DNA from: Yuukianura sp. NJ FZ-2021
Lineage: Eukaryota
DNA length: 64,000 nt
Assembly (NCBI GenBank): GCA_046563655.1
Contig: CM102284.1
Location: forward strand, 2,728,001-2,792,000
Direction of reading: 5' to 3'
Part shown: positions 33,923 through 47,556 of the stretch, one piece after another
Numbering within the stretch: the first letter of the stretch is position 1
Layout: every line of letters begins with the position of its first letter
The notes under the pieces: generated by a model
Database searches by the model: none
What the model saw: only the letters and a program-made list of their open reading frames with translations
Told to the model about the DNA's origin: nothing
Translations under genes and position numbers: made by a program

Positions 33923-36195
33923 TTAGTGTACAGGAATCAATTTGACAATAAAAGGACGCGGTTTTATGGTCAGCGACGGCGAGCCTGGTTCCAATGATGG
34001 CTCTCTGCCTTCGACGATATCCAGATAATATTTGTTAAGGATGCCCGTTGTCATCATAAACAGTGTTATCATGGACATGTTTTCACCAGGACAAACCCTT
34101 GCTCCTTAAATTCGATTTTAACATTGTAAATCGCAATATAACTGACTGACAAATTTTACTCTCATTCTTACCAATGCCAAACTGATCGACGCGTTCCGAC
34201 TTGGAATTGTCGAAATTTCCGTCCGGCAGAAGAAGGCGTTCCGGCCGAAAGTTTTCTGGATCACCCCAATAGGATTTGTCGTGGAGAATTGCCCAAGCAT
34301 TAGGAAATAGCAGAGCACCTTTCGGTATTTTGTAACCAGCGCATTCAAAGTCTTGTATTGCTAAGCGTGGGGTACGAACGGGAATGTATGGAGCATGACG
34401 CATCACTTCCAGAAGCACGGCTTTGGTATAAGGCATTCTAAGCACATTTCATGTTTTTTATAGTGTTAAGAAATAAAAGTGTATTCAATTGTTAAATTGG
34501 AACACTCACGCTGCCATCATCGTCGACGGAAATGGAATGAATCTACTGTGCACATGTTGCTCCATTTCTTTTCGTACTTTTTTCTGAACATCAGGAAACA
34601 TCGTCAAATACAGAACAATCCATTGGATAGCCGTAGCAATAGTATCGGATCCGGCAATAAACAAATCCATCAGCGTCAGTACAAACTGGTCCTCTATAAA
34701 TGAGATAAATTAATATAAAGTATAATATGCTAATAAGTATTTCTGCCTATTTAATTTATAAACTCCGTTCGCCCTAAATGTTCACTCTGTCCATTCTCTC
34801 TGGGAAAAGGAGGCGGAATATTTATAGCGAACGGTGTATAATATGTCATATAATCTAAGCTAAGCTAATACAACCTAAGAGACAATTAGAAAACCCATAC
34901 CATTTAGAACTACGTTCGGTTGCCCTTTGTTTTTCTCAATGTCGTCCAAGTAGGCTTCTATAAAGCTCTCAGGTTCCACACGTCTAGCCCTTCTTTGTTT
35001 AGCATCTTCCACCAACTCCTGTTTATAATTTATCGTTGGTTTTAAAATTTAGAGTTAGAAAAAGTTCCATTTGAAAAAATTGAAACTAAAAGTGGAAATT
35101 TTTCTAACCAACATAAACTCCTTCATGTCTCGATGTATTTCGTAATGATTTCTGTATCCACTCCACTCTGGGAAAATTTTTAGAAAAGGAAAAACAGCTA
35201 GATAATTTTTCGCTCCTGCTGCTTCAAATATTTGTTGAGTGCACTGTAAATGGCGCTTCATTTTGGAACAGTGTGGATCAAATCGGTAACCACCAACAGA
35301 CGCCCAAAGGATGTTGATACTCAAAGCGGAAAGTCGAGTAATGTCTACGTTCCAAATACCGTCAGAAGGAGTAATTTCGTGATCAACTTCATTCAAAAGG
35401 TCATTGACCTCGGTTTGAATTGCTTCATCCATTGTCATTTTCCTACCAAATTCAAATTGACGCAGGAGTCTTACTGTGTATCGTTTTTGTTCTCTCCACG
35501 TATCGCCGTAGCCCCAAACAATTCCTGCGGAGTTTACATTTAAAAAAAAATTCTAAACGGTGTACCACAGTTGACATTTGGTGTGGAGAAGCTGGTCTTA
35601 TTTTTAACTTTAACTTAATGTTAGCTTGAAATATATACGATAAGTTGATTACTGCTTATTAGTGGTAAGGTGCATTAATTGATTGCGTTAGGTTAAATTC
35701 GATGTCGATGTTACTTACCCAGATTTTTGAAGTTGTTTCTTTGTTCCATAAATTCAAATCTGCCTCTGTCCATTGCTTCAGGACGCCGTAGTATTTCTCG
35801 CATAATTTCAAAGTTGGATAAAACCACTTTAAAATATTCAAAACATTTTTTATTGAAATTCGTTTTTTTTCAAAATTCTTTTTTTGAGTATGGTACCTGC
35901 GTAGTGTACTCCATACCCAATTGACATAATTCCACCATATTTCCTTGCGAGACCAGTCAATTGTAAATGCGGATGCTCGGGATGTTCCCTGAGCATTTGT
36001 GGAAGACTTCCTAAAATTGGCCATCGAAACGGCCCTGAATACGGCCAAAAAAGATTAAATTGTTAAATTGCTAAACAAGTAATTAACTAACCTTATTTAA
36101 TTCTCACCTGGTGGTAATTTCCGGTTATCGCTAAAACGTTTGAGCATCCATAAAAATAGAACTGTTAATGTAAACACAAAAATAGCCCCGACCAT
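33923..36195 (-). CDS. Cytochrome P450, CYP2 clan (copy B, inverted paralog of 8279-10484)
   Basis: Same intron positions and near-identical exons; I-helix DLFIAGSDTI; EVMR; FRPERL; FGIG|ARVCPG. Confidence 0.93.
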
Positions 36196-36873
36196 TTTGT
36201 TACTGCCTTTGTCAAACACTTCTTAACAACTTTGAGCTACTACTGATATAACACGTTGAAGCTGCCTTTTGTGAAAAACAAAACCACAACCTTGGTAACC
36301 TTGCACAAGAGAAGAGGTTTCAAACTAAATCTTTCAACATGCGAGTAAAAGTACGAGAAAATGTTCCAGGAACGTTCATGACCTTGACAATATCTTGTCT
36401 CGAAAGTCCATATGCCTTCACCGTAATCAAAAACTCAACATTATAAGTTTACGCAATTTCATGAGCTGTTATTTTTTCTTGGAGTGCTAAAAACTTAATT
36501 CAAAGCCGTGTACAATTTCTAATTAAGCAATAGAAAACCGCATAAGTCAAATCTATGTTGTCACGTATACAGTTTTTCTGCTCTTCTGTCAAATGCATAA
36601 AGAAGCAATGAACCATTAAGCGAGGTGTGGAAACGTATGTTATAGTGGACAATAAATAGCTCTCAGTTGATGAGGTTGTGCTAAATATTCAGCGCTATTG
36701 AAAACCACTATGTTTTTGTTGTTCAGTTTAGCTTTTGTTTTTTTTCTACCGGAAAACTCGAAATAAGAATTTGGTTTTAGTAATGGATTCTTGGAAAGAG
36801 TATGGCCGCAAACATTTAATTTATTCACAGGTTCAAAATTTTAAAATCAGGTTTGTTAAAAAGGTTTGGAGTA

Positions 36874-39174
36874 TCATATTTCAGTCTTCTTTATAAGGAG
36901 AAGGTGCCACCAGGATCAACTTCTGAATGAATTGAGTTACATCACCTGAAAGCAGTTTTTCGAATATTTTCAAAATCGACCTTCCACAAATTATTATTTA
37001 AAATCCTGCAAAATGTTGTCGTACGCATGAATCCGAGTTGATGTTTTTTGTAAACGAAAGGGTAGTAAATTGCAATTCCTATTCCGCATAGTACTAAAGG
37101 GTAAACGTGTTCAAAACCAGGAGAATCTACGAGCGGTGTTACAACCAGAAACAACGACATGGCGAGGGCAATAAGAGGAAACAGTATCGGAGTCTGTACA
37201 GAGGTCAAAGGTCAAAATTGTCACAATATTGCTGAGCATCTGATAAATTTTCTATGAATCTAACCTTGAAGGGTCTAACGGCGTCCCGTTGTGTGTGACG
37301 CAGGATGAAAAACGAAATCATTGTGAGAGCATAAAAAATCCAGGCAGAGATTGTTGTAGAATCCAGAAGTTTGCCGATGTTATTGTGGTAGATGAACAGG
37401 ATTCCAAGAATGGTCTGAAAATGTCGACAGGTTAAACTTTTAGAATTTAGGAATTCAGAGGTAAATACAGTATGTAGTATCAACAAAATTACCTACATTA
37501 AGCGAAATGGCTACCGCAGGAGTGAGTCGTTGTATATGGACATACGACAAGACGTCTACTAGATGTCCATCGCGAGCAGCCACGTACGAAATTCTATTTA
37601 AAAAAATATAAAGGAAATTATGTATTGATTTTTTTTTAAATTCAGATAAAATCTTGCCTTCCTGCGGTGAACATGCTTCCATGTGCCGTTCCGTAAACTG
37701 TTAATGCCACCAAAACTGGAATTACAAAACTGTAACTTCCAAGCATTCGATCTCCTAGAAACTACCAAAACAGTGTAAAGTTTTGATCTCTTTTTTGGAA
37801 TCCTGCACAAAATGTGATATGTACTAAATACTTTGATGAACTTACGGTCCCGACCGGTTCGTTACTCAATAAATCTTCGGGAATAAGAACCGTAAAATAG
37901 GCTATGTTCATAAATGAAAACAGAAAAGTTACAAGAGGCATTCCAATAAAAATTGCCAGTGGAAGATTCCTGTTTGGGTTGATGATCTCTTCCGTCAAGT
38001 AGTTTAAACTGTGCCAACCTAAAAAAAGTAAATAACTAATTAAACTTATGTTTTCCTTCAAATGTTAAGCAAAATCAAACACTACCATCGTATGACCAAA
38101 GTCCGCAGTACAGCGATAACGCTATTCCAGACGCAGAAATATCTCCTGATTGGTCAAATCCGTCTGTAGGAAGTGACCCAGTTTGGCCAATACTTAAATT
38201 GTAAATTCCAATTGCAATTATGAGACCACAAGCGATCAGTTTGGCTATCGTGAATACAATTTGAATTCGAGCAGCCATCTTTACGCTTAAAATGTTCGTG
38301 ACGCCGATTAGGACTGAAAAATCCAAAACAAAAATGAAATGTTTCTGAAAAATTCACTTTCAGGTTTGTCCTCACCCGCACAAACAACAGCAATCAGCTT
38401 TTTGGTCAAGTCGTAGTCGTCGGATTCTGATTGTGTCCATACGGGATCAATGCCATTGAGCTTGACGATTGGCAGAATCGTGTACTGAGCAAAACTTAAA
38501 CTTAGAATTGCAAGATTCGCAGGCTTAATGAGTATCACAGTCATGAAGGAAAAGAGGAATGCTGGAATTTCACCCCAGAATGGATGAAGCGGCTTGAACG
38601 CTGCTTGCAAATAGGCATGCTCGCCGCCACTTCGGGGCACAACAGTTCCAAGTTCACAGTATGTCACTGCAGCTAAAATTAATGAACATTTTACAAATAA
38701 TTTAACTAAAGGTAATTTGAAATTCAAGGATTTCTAAAGTTCGTAGGAGTTTTACCTGCAGTACTCAGCAATCCAGATGCAATCCAAATTGCTATACTCA
38801 AATACACAGAACTTCCAGCTCGCTCATACACTTTCATTGGAGTAATGAAAATTCCGCTACCTGTAACAAATCACGTTCGAATTATTAAGTTTTTCTAGAG
38901 TTTACATTAAAAAAAAAAGATTGTTGTTACCTATGATTGTTCCTAAAATCATTGCAACGGCCCCAACAAGCCCAATTTCCCGCTTCATGTGCACCGTGCC
39001 ATCGCTTTTCTGTTCCTTAAGCACACGCGCTTTAGTTTCACTTCCCTCATGGTCTGGAAACGTTCCAAAGGTCACTACTGAAGCTGGGTTCAATTTCGCC
39101 GTTTGTCTGGACAGTCGAGTCCAAGAAATTGACAATGGAATTTTCCCATTGGACGAAAATCCTCCATTCTTCAT
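36874..39174 (-). CDS. SLC7 L-type amino acid transporter light chain (b(0,+)AT/y+LAT-like)
   Basis: MKREIGLVGAVAMILGTIIG|SGIFITP, YCELGTVVPRSGGEHAYL, GLWSYDG|WHSLNYLTEEIINPNRNLPLAI, YVAARDGHL; the start may extend upstream. Confidence 0.92.
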
Positions 39175-40473
39175 GTCCAGCAGAATTAAAAGTGGAACTG
39201 CTTCTTGACTTTTCTTGATTGCAAAACGTTGCCCTGAAAAGGCAAGAGATGAAGTAACACTTATTTGAAGTTTGAAGTGAGCAATTAGCGATGTGACACC
39301 GAGTTTAAACTAGGTATCTAAAATGTGGTTAGGACTTAATTTGGTAAAGATAAAGTCGTCAATACTCCTGTCCAAATGTCAGTTCCAGAAGTCAAGAACC
39401 TTTCTGATGTTTTTCTTCAGATAGTACTTATACCTTTCAGTTTCCTTGTCACGGAAAACTTCTAATTGTAAGCCTACCATCCAAGATGAACAAAAGCATT
39501 TTGAAAAAATGAAAAGGTTTTGTTCTTATCATGTAAAAATTTGGAAATTATCTGTTAACATTCATTCGCTTGATGCTCTACTTTTCGTTTAAAATGACGT
39601 AGGTAAAAAGGCGTTAGTAAACACGGAGTGCTAAAGTGCGAAACTTGTGAGTTTTTAAGTGAATCAGAGAATTGTCCATCAACTAACTTTCAAAAAACGT
39701 TTATAAAAATTTTCTGCCTTCGACTTTACTAAAAGTAACAACTATAATTGCGAGCATGCTAAAGTTATTTTAGGCTTTTCATTGGAAACTTTTTCTATAA
39801 GCTCAATGCTCAAACTTGACTGACCCACCTAATGAAAAAAAAATTCTACACTTCTTCTTAACATTTTAACCTAAAAACAAGAACGTTTCGCCAGATTTCG
39901 TCAAAGCTAATAATGCTTTGCTTTAAAGTTCTTCTGTAAACAACAATGAAATCGAGCAGAAGAGTTTTCGAATATCAATTTAAAGAAAAAAGTTTATTAT
40001 TAGTACGCGAACCATATACTACCATTAATGAAATTGTTTTTTGTCATTTGTTGCCGTAAGCGTAGCCTCTAGCCTGCCTCGCTGCAAACTTGAGTGATTA
40101 GACGAGTGATATTAAAACTAATTACGGTTTGAAGCTGAGTACTTCTTTGGATGATTAATTCAGTTCTTAATTTAAATCCAATGAAAACTCTAATAAAGCA
40201 GTGGGAGAGGTTCCCAGAAAGTCACGATTCTGAAACGCTAAATTGGAATTGGGAATCTTATCACAGATCACGATCACCAAATGAAAATAAGCACTTAAGC
40301 ACAGTCCATTTCACTTTATTTGTGGTACTGTTGTCAAAGTGCTTTTCGATGTCAACTAACATAAATTGGGCGGAAATTAATTAATCACTTGTTAGTCGAA
40401 AGAGGAGTCATGATTTGGAAAAGCATTTCGCCAGTTTCCGGAGGATCCATTTCTCCTGGAAGTCCATTTGTTC

Positions 40474-43400
40474 ATGATGTCTGCTAAGTTCAAGTCTATC
40501 TTGATAGCTTTTGCAATCGTAGGGAGTCGCTCGACCTTTGGCACCTCTGTTGGGAAAAATGTGCAGGGTCAAAATGGATACTTATGGAACACCGAGACCT
40601 CGTTTCTCGGATGCTTCGCCAGTTGGGAGAGTTTGGACAAGGTCATAGGTCAAGGATTCGTTGAAAAACGTGTTGGAGTCAGCGGATGTGCTCTATTATA
40701 CTCCAATACGGTAAGAGTGTCAAAAAAAGTGTTGCCTTTTGGAAAAAAAAGTCAAACATTTCTTTTTTTTTTAATTTTTAGACCAACCAGAACGGGATTG
40801 TTTTAACCCGGGGAGGCTTATGTATTTTGACTAGCTGGGAAAAGCTGCTCCAGGAAGTGAAGGATTTGACCCGAGTTCAGGAAGACTTATGTGACGTTGA
40901 CTGTCCTGTGACTATCATCGGTCCAGCGACTGTTGGCGACCAACTATCTGAACGTGGACACTGTGGCGGAAACTACTTCTTTTCAGTATTATGTGCCAAG
41001 TCGGCTTCTGACAACTTCCTTGATCACAGTCCAGAAGAACCAGCTTGTTCCATTCCCGAAGAAATCCGATTCGATCCGAATTATGTCCTACCAGAAAATA
41101 CTGTTGATGAAGACTCGCTGGAGCATAGATGTGTACAAATAAAAGTCAGCGACCTTGCGCCACTTCCGGTAACCTTTTTGGTCAACAATTCACCAATCAA
41201 CTGTGCAGGTTTTTGTCAGCATTTTTACTCCTTCAAGAAGATAATATTCAATATGAAAACCTTCGGCGTCGGCTTGCTACAGGCAAAGATACAGACAGTA
41301 CGGATGTCATATTACAACTGTTTTTGTCTAAATTCATTTGATTTGGTCATGTGGGGCAGCAGAACTGTGTCTGACGACTACTGTCTCCAGCAACCCTGTG
41401 TCAATTGTTCCGAAACGACCAATTACATCAGTTGGTACAAAGTGGCTTTCGACAAGGAGCCGAAACATTCCAACCGCAGATTCGTTCCGACCGAGTTCGA
41501 CATTGTCCTGGATACTTCAACTGACACTACTGATTGGGAAATTGGGTGTCCATATTTTGACACTTACGAGAAGTTTCAAGATGAATGCTACAACAGAAAT
41601 GAGCACGAAGTTAGACCGATACATCGGCAAACTATCGGTGTATGGTCTCCTTGTCAAAGCAGCTCGTGTCTTCTCCACTATACAAAAAATTCTCCAGTTT
41701 TAGTTTCTTTAAAACGAATTACCATTCATTACTTCATGAACGCTTCCAAAGGTTGTAAAGCTCCGTCTATTGTACTTAATTATCGAAATGGACCAAGTAA
41801 CGGATGGAAACGGGAGACCATCACAGGAGCATCTGGAACCGGATCCGGTTGGCGCAATTACACATGTCCAGTTAACCAAAAAGGGACTGAACCTGTAAGC
41901 AAATCCACCTACTGTAATCTAGAATTCATTATACTGTTAAGTTCACGAAATTTATATAACCTTGGCTTCCATATTTGTAGGAAGTGGAAATTAACTTGGT
42001 ATCAAGCTCAATACGGTGCAAGGAAGCACATGTTGTAGTACTAGACAAAGTTACGATGATCATGACTACTTTTGAGGAGGATCCCAACCACGGTGAAGAT
42101 CAAGTCACTTTGGACTTATGGGGTGACATGGTTAATGGATGGAAGCACAACAGGAGGTGTGATTACAGAAATAAATTGAAGGATTTAAAAAAATGTGGAA
42201 CACATCTACCCATCGACGATTTCAGCCGTTCTGGATTTTGGACTAACTTCTGCCCTAGACCAGTATCACGCACACGCTGGTCCGTCGACTATTGCGTGCT
42301 CACGTACATTGTTTCTGAAGAAAACAAGATCCCGGTGACACTTGCACTCTCCGCGTACTTCCCACCGAAGGAAATGTGGTGTCCGCACACAGAATTCAAC
42401 ATTAGCTTTGGACCTTACGAGAACTTGACTTCCATAGCTGTAAATGGGAGCTACGGAAGCTGGACAGATCCAGACCACCAGAATACCTGGATTTTAACGT
42501 TCCACCCACCTTTGGAAGTAGGAGACGTAAGTTTGAGGCCAACTGCAAAACTAGGAAGAATAAACCGGAGGGTACGAAAGTTGCGTACGATACAGCTGAA
42601 TTCGCGATAAAGTCAAAAAAAGTAGACGTTTTATACGGAAAGAGTCCTCTTAAGGTCACATGATGTTCACAAAGGTTGTTTAGCCTCGACGAGATGAACA
42701 ACTTTTTCATAAGGCACTTTTCATGTTAACTTTGATGAAACAAGCTGACCTGACGATGTTTAACACTGAACATTTCCGGTTTTCGACAAATTGCAGCCAA
42801 CGAACACAAACAGTCAAGCTAGATGCATAAATTAGCTTTCGCTCTTAAATATATTAGTCGATTAACTGAGATCAACAAGGTTTGTTTGGACAAATTCTTT
42901 TGGTTTCAGGTTGTAATCGTGAACTTCAGTTCTGGCCATGGTCGTGGCTTAATACTACTAGACAAAATTGTTCTCGATGTTCTACCGCCAGGCCCTGGTG
43001 AACCGACTGATCCAGAACCGTCGAGTACAACCATTACCGTGATCACGACAACAACAACAACAACAACAACAACAGAGGTCACGACGTCCACAACGACAAC
43101 GACAACTCCAGCGCCATTCAATTGCCCTTTACACAGTACAAGCAGAACCTTTACAAAAATTTCAATATGGGGAGAGATCGGAAACAAAACCTCTGAAAAA
43201 ATATGAAATGAAAATATTTACTACAGCGACTTAATTTTTTACAGCAACTGGTAGTCTTTGTAAGGAAAATCAAAGCACCAGCTACAAATGTAATCAAACC
43301 AGCTAACTGTTTTGATTGCAACTTTTTCAAATGTTTTTGCTGGTGTTCTCCCCTCATAAATTGTAGGGCTCAATTCTAATTTTGATCTAAACTAGTTTTG

Positions 43401-46400
43401 ACTTATTTCACTTGTTACAGCTATGTGTAATGCGACAGACTACCGAGGAGTCACATGGTCCATGTGTCCAGGAGAAATACAGCATCAACCTTGTCCTAAC
43501 GGCACTTCCGGAACTGCCAGTTACGAATGCCTCGAAGTAGGATACTTGGATCCCTATGGGCCGGACTACAGCAAATGCTCGAGTGGTTGGTGTTACCAAA
43601 TTGATGCGGAGGTCAATGCAGCTGAAGAGTTGACTGAAGCGGCTGCTGCCGACTATCTTCTACAAATAGAACGCGAAACCGACATTGCGACAGCGTCAAT
43701 TGGATACTTTGGGCACGAAATGAACTACATTTTGACTCTGGGAGCTGAAATTTTAATCAAAGTTAACAAATCAGCCGGACTCGAAGTTATTGAGAATCTA
43801 ACGCACATAGCAATGGGGATTTACCGAAACGTTCTCATAAATTCTCCAGGTTGGAACGACCTAACTGAAGTAAAGTTTCACAAACGAACTTAAAATTTAT
43901 AATTTTTTGAGAATTTATTAAAATTTTAAATAAATTTGAAAATTCAATTTTTTTTCTAGCGCACTGAAGTGCAAGCAGGAGCACTGCTGATTCATTGCTT
44001 GGAGATTTCTGCATTTGAGCTAACCGGAAGAGCAATTACCAAAGGTGTTGGGGAACACTACCAAATGCCATTCAACTCGTTTCCAGAAATCAGTTCTACT
44101 GCTAGTTCGACTCATAAGTTTCTTGGTAAACTGGTTTATCCACCGCCATCCAATGCTTCGTCGCCGACATTGTCAGTATCTGTAGAAATTCCAGAAGATT
44201 GGGCTTCGTATTTTCCAACTGACGATCTTGTAGACTTTGTTGGAATGACAATGCAATCGAGCTATGCCAATGAAATATTTATGGGCAAAATCCTGGCAGA
44301 AGAGCATAGTCATCCTGTTGTCAACGGTCATTTGGTGTCATTCACTTTTGGAAATGGAACGGATTTCTCGAAAAGCCGGATCAATTTTGAAGGTAACTTT
44401 TTAGATCAAAATTTCGGATAAATGTGCAAGAAAAAACACTTCGATACCAATTTTTATTGCAGAAAACGGCGTGCGAATTACTTTCAAGCATGAGTCGCCT
44501 GCATCTGGGTCAGAGGTCAAAACAATTCGGAGGAGACTTCATACAGAGACAGGCGAAAAACCGACTGTGGCTCTAGACGGAACAAATCCTTGCCATTTCT
44601 TGGACGTAACACAAATGTAAGCAAGTTTTAGAATTTAATATTTAGAACAATATTTTATTTTATTAGCATTTTATTTTATTGTGTCTAAATTTCAGGAATT
44701 TTTCGTCGTACGGATGTGCCTTGATTGAGCAGACGAAATACAAAACAGTTTGCGAGTGCAATCATTTAAGCTCTTTTGCCATTCTGATGAACACGAACAA
44801 CTACGTTGTAAGTTTAATCTCAATAAAATAATAATAAAAAAAAGTAAACAAAATAAATTATTATAAATATTTTAGGGGAAGGACTACTATTTAGAAGTTC
44901 TTACTTTGACGCTGTGTTCTATTTCCATCATTTGCTTAATTCTGTCTATTGGAGTTTACTCCATGCCAAGCATTAAGGCAATTCGGGGTCAACGCAGTGT
45001 CATCACTCTACACCTCTGCATTTGTCTTCTCGTTGGAAACATTTTGATGGTGGCCTTTGTGGACAGAAATTATTTTCATCTCACCCTGGTCAAAAAGCAA
45101 ACATTTTTCAAAATTTAGTGTAAATTAAAATTTTGATTTTATTTTCCAGGGATTTTGTACAACTTTTGGAATCATGGCCCACTACTTCTTCCTGGCTGCC
45201 TTCTTTTGGATGGCCTTTGAAGGCTACGTTTTGTACAAAGTGCTTATTGTTGTATTTGATGATGGGAAGGACTACTTTGCAATGCAGTATGTCGTGTCAT
45301 ATGGTGGTCCAGGAGTAATTGTTCTAGCTACTGGACTCACTGCTGTTGCCCTACGACATGACGCCTACGAATCAGACATGTAGTAAGGAATTCAAAATTT
45401 TGAATGAAAAACTCCACAAATGAAAATTTTAGGCTCACATAATACAATATAATTTTTCGTTTGGAGCTCTTTTTGAAAATGTGCTGTTTTTTAAAATTTC
45501 TAAACAGTTGTTGGCTGAGTGGAGACTACATTTGGGCTTTCATGGGACCAGTGGCACTGATTCTGATAGTACGGCTGCTTTACATGTTTTCTAAACCTTG
45601 TTCAAAACAAAGTTTCTAGCACAGTTTGAAATTATATTTAGGTATCAATTAATGATAAGCTTAAATGTTTTTAGGGAAACACTGTGATGTTGGTCATATC
45701 GATACGGAAAGCAAGAAATTTGTCGAAGAATTCTGTCGTCAAATCCCACTCTCAGCGTCATACTAAATCGTTCATGTAATGTATTGTTAAGTTTTTTACT
45801 GCAAAAACATTTTTGAAAATGTTTGCTTTACTTGAAGCATTTTTTCATTTTTGTGTGACTTTTGCCAAATAGGAAATGGATCAAAGGATGTGCTGGACTG
45901 ATGTGTTTGTTGGGAACTACTTGGATTGTTGGCTACTTCATGCTCATTGAGGACGCAGTAGTCTCCAACATTGCTGCATATGTATTCACTATTCTGAATG
46001 CATCCCAGGTATATTACTTAAGTTTTTTTTAACTCACATATTGTTTTGACTTTGTTTTAATTTCTTTTTAACTTTTTTTCTTGTTTCACTCAAGGGGGTT
46101 TTCTTATTCGTCTACCACATTTGTTTGAACAAGAAAATTAGACAGGTTTTGATGAGTCGTCTGCCCAAATTTTTATTTTCTACGCAAAAGACAACGACTT
46201 CTACTGCAAGCGGAACTCCAGCTATTCCTGTACGTGCCCGTTTAAGATTCTCAGCTTCAAACGATTCATTTTGAGTCTTAGGTTAGCTTATTAGTTTACT
46301 CTTTTAAGAAATTTTTTGAAAAAATATCTTAATTCTCAATAATTTCCAAGGACATGACCTTAACTTTTGGAACGAAATGGAGCCGAAGGAGAGCAAAGTT

Positions 46401-46521
46401 TCTGGAATATTTCTTAGAACAAGGGTCAAAGGACATGCGAGATAGAATTATGCCAGAGTCAGATGCTCCGGCAGCTCGAAAAGTCAAGGTCAACATAGGT
46501 AAGCGGAAGGGTGGACTTTGA
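40474..46521 (+). CDS. Adhesion GPCR (latrophilin/Cirl-like 7TM) with WSC-like ectodomain, Thr-rich stalk, HRM and GAIN/GPS; 3' end approximate
   Basis: Signal peptide; FLGCF and CGG WSC-like motifs; poly-Thr; HRM QPCPNGTSGTASYEC...GPDYSKC; GPS CECNHLSSFAILM; family-2 7TM motifs HYFFLAAFFWMAFEG, CWL, WAFMGP, LLGTTW, FTILNASQG. Confidence 0.87.
43045..43107 (+). repeat. (ACA/ACG)n coding trinucleotide repeat (poly-Thr)
   Basis: acaacaacaaca... encodes TTTTTTTTTTEVTTSTTTTTT. Confidence 0.9.
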
Positions 46522-46883
46522 AATTTCTTGAACCAGCAAACTAATGACTATTGTTGTTATTCCTTAATTACTATGATTACTTACTAAGTATTACTATTAA
46601 TTACTGAAACTTAACGACTGCACTTTGACCAATCAGTCACGCAACTGGAAATAAATTAACCCTTCATCCAAAATGTTAATTTTCAGTCACTCTCTGTAAA
46701 TTTCAGTTTCATTAGAAACGCGATTTAGATTTAGCCTGGAGTAACCTTTTCATAACCAAAAATCATCTACGATCAGAAAGATCAAACGTCTTAGCGTTCC
46801 ACTGAAAAAGTCTGCTGATTTTTTAAAATTCAAACGGAAATCAAACATAAACCACTCGTGCCATCGTCAATATCTTAAACAAG

Positions 46884-46973
46884 CATCATCATCACCAGTA
46901 TCACTGCGGCTTTCATCAGGATCATCATCATCCACAGCGTCACTGCTCATCATCATCATCATCATCAGCATCA
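46884..46973. repeat. Degenerate (CAT)n microsatellite
   Basis: Interrupted catcatcat runs. Confidence 0.8.
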
Positions 46974-47556
46974 ATTTTAAATGAGGTCGATATGGTGTTG
47001 GTAAGCAAGTGTCTTGCTTCTTATCTCTAACATTTCAGATTTCAGAATCACGTTATCAGTTTTTTTTACCATATTTGTATACTAATAGTTTTTGCAATTA
47101 AACACTTTATGACTTACTTATTAGTATACTAATATTAAGTGATGATGACGATCTAATTGTAAGCTATGGATATCCCACGTGGATCAGTTGATAACGGCCC
47201 AAGAGTAACAACTTCTTCAAAAATTCATTTCGTATTACGTCATTTCATGTTTACAGTTTGATATGATGATGCCCTTCTTGTCACGTATACTTTGCCCTTG
47301 TCCTTCTACATAACAACTTGAAAACAAGCACATCCATATCATGTCACAAAACAAAACATCTAACAAGTCAAGTCTCACAAGCGTAACTGTCTGGAAGTTC
47401 TCCTTCCAGTATAAAATGGACTCCGGACATTGCCTCAAATGCAATCGAATTTGTACTTCCGAAGGAAATAGAAAAAATACAACTTCCAAAACTTCAGCAT
47501 TTTAAAATTTACTTAAAACGTTCGCACCAAACTGATAAATAACCTAATGCTCAACA

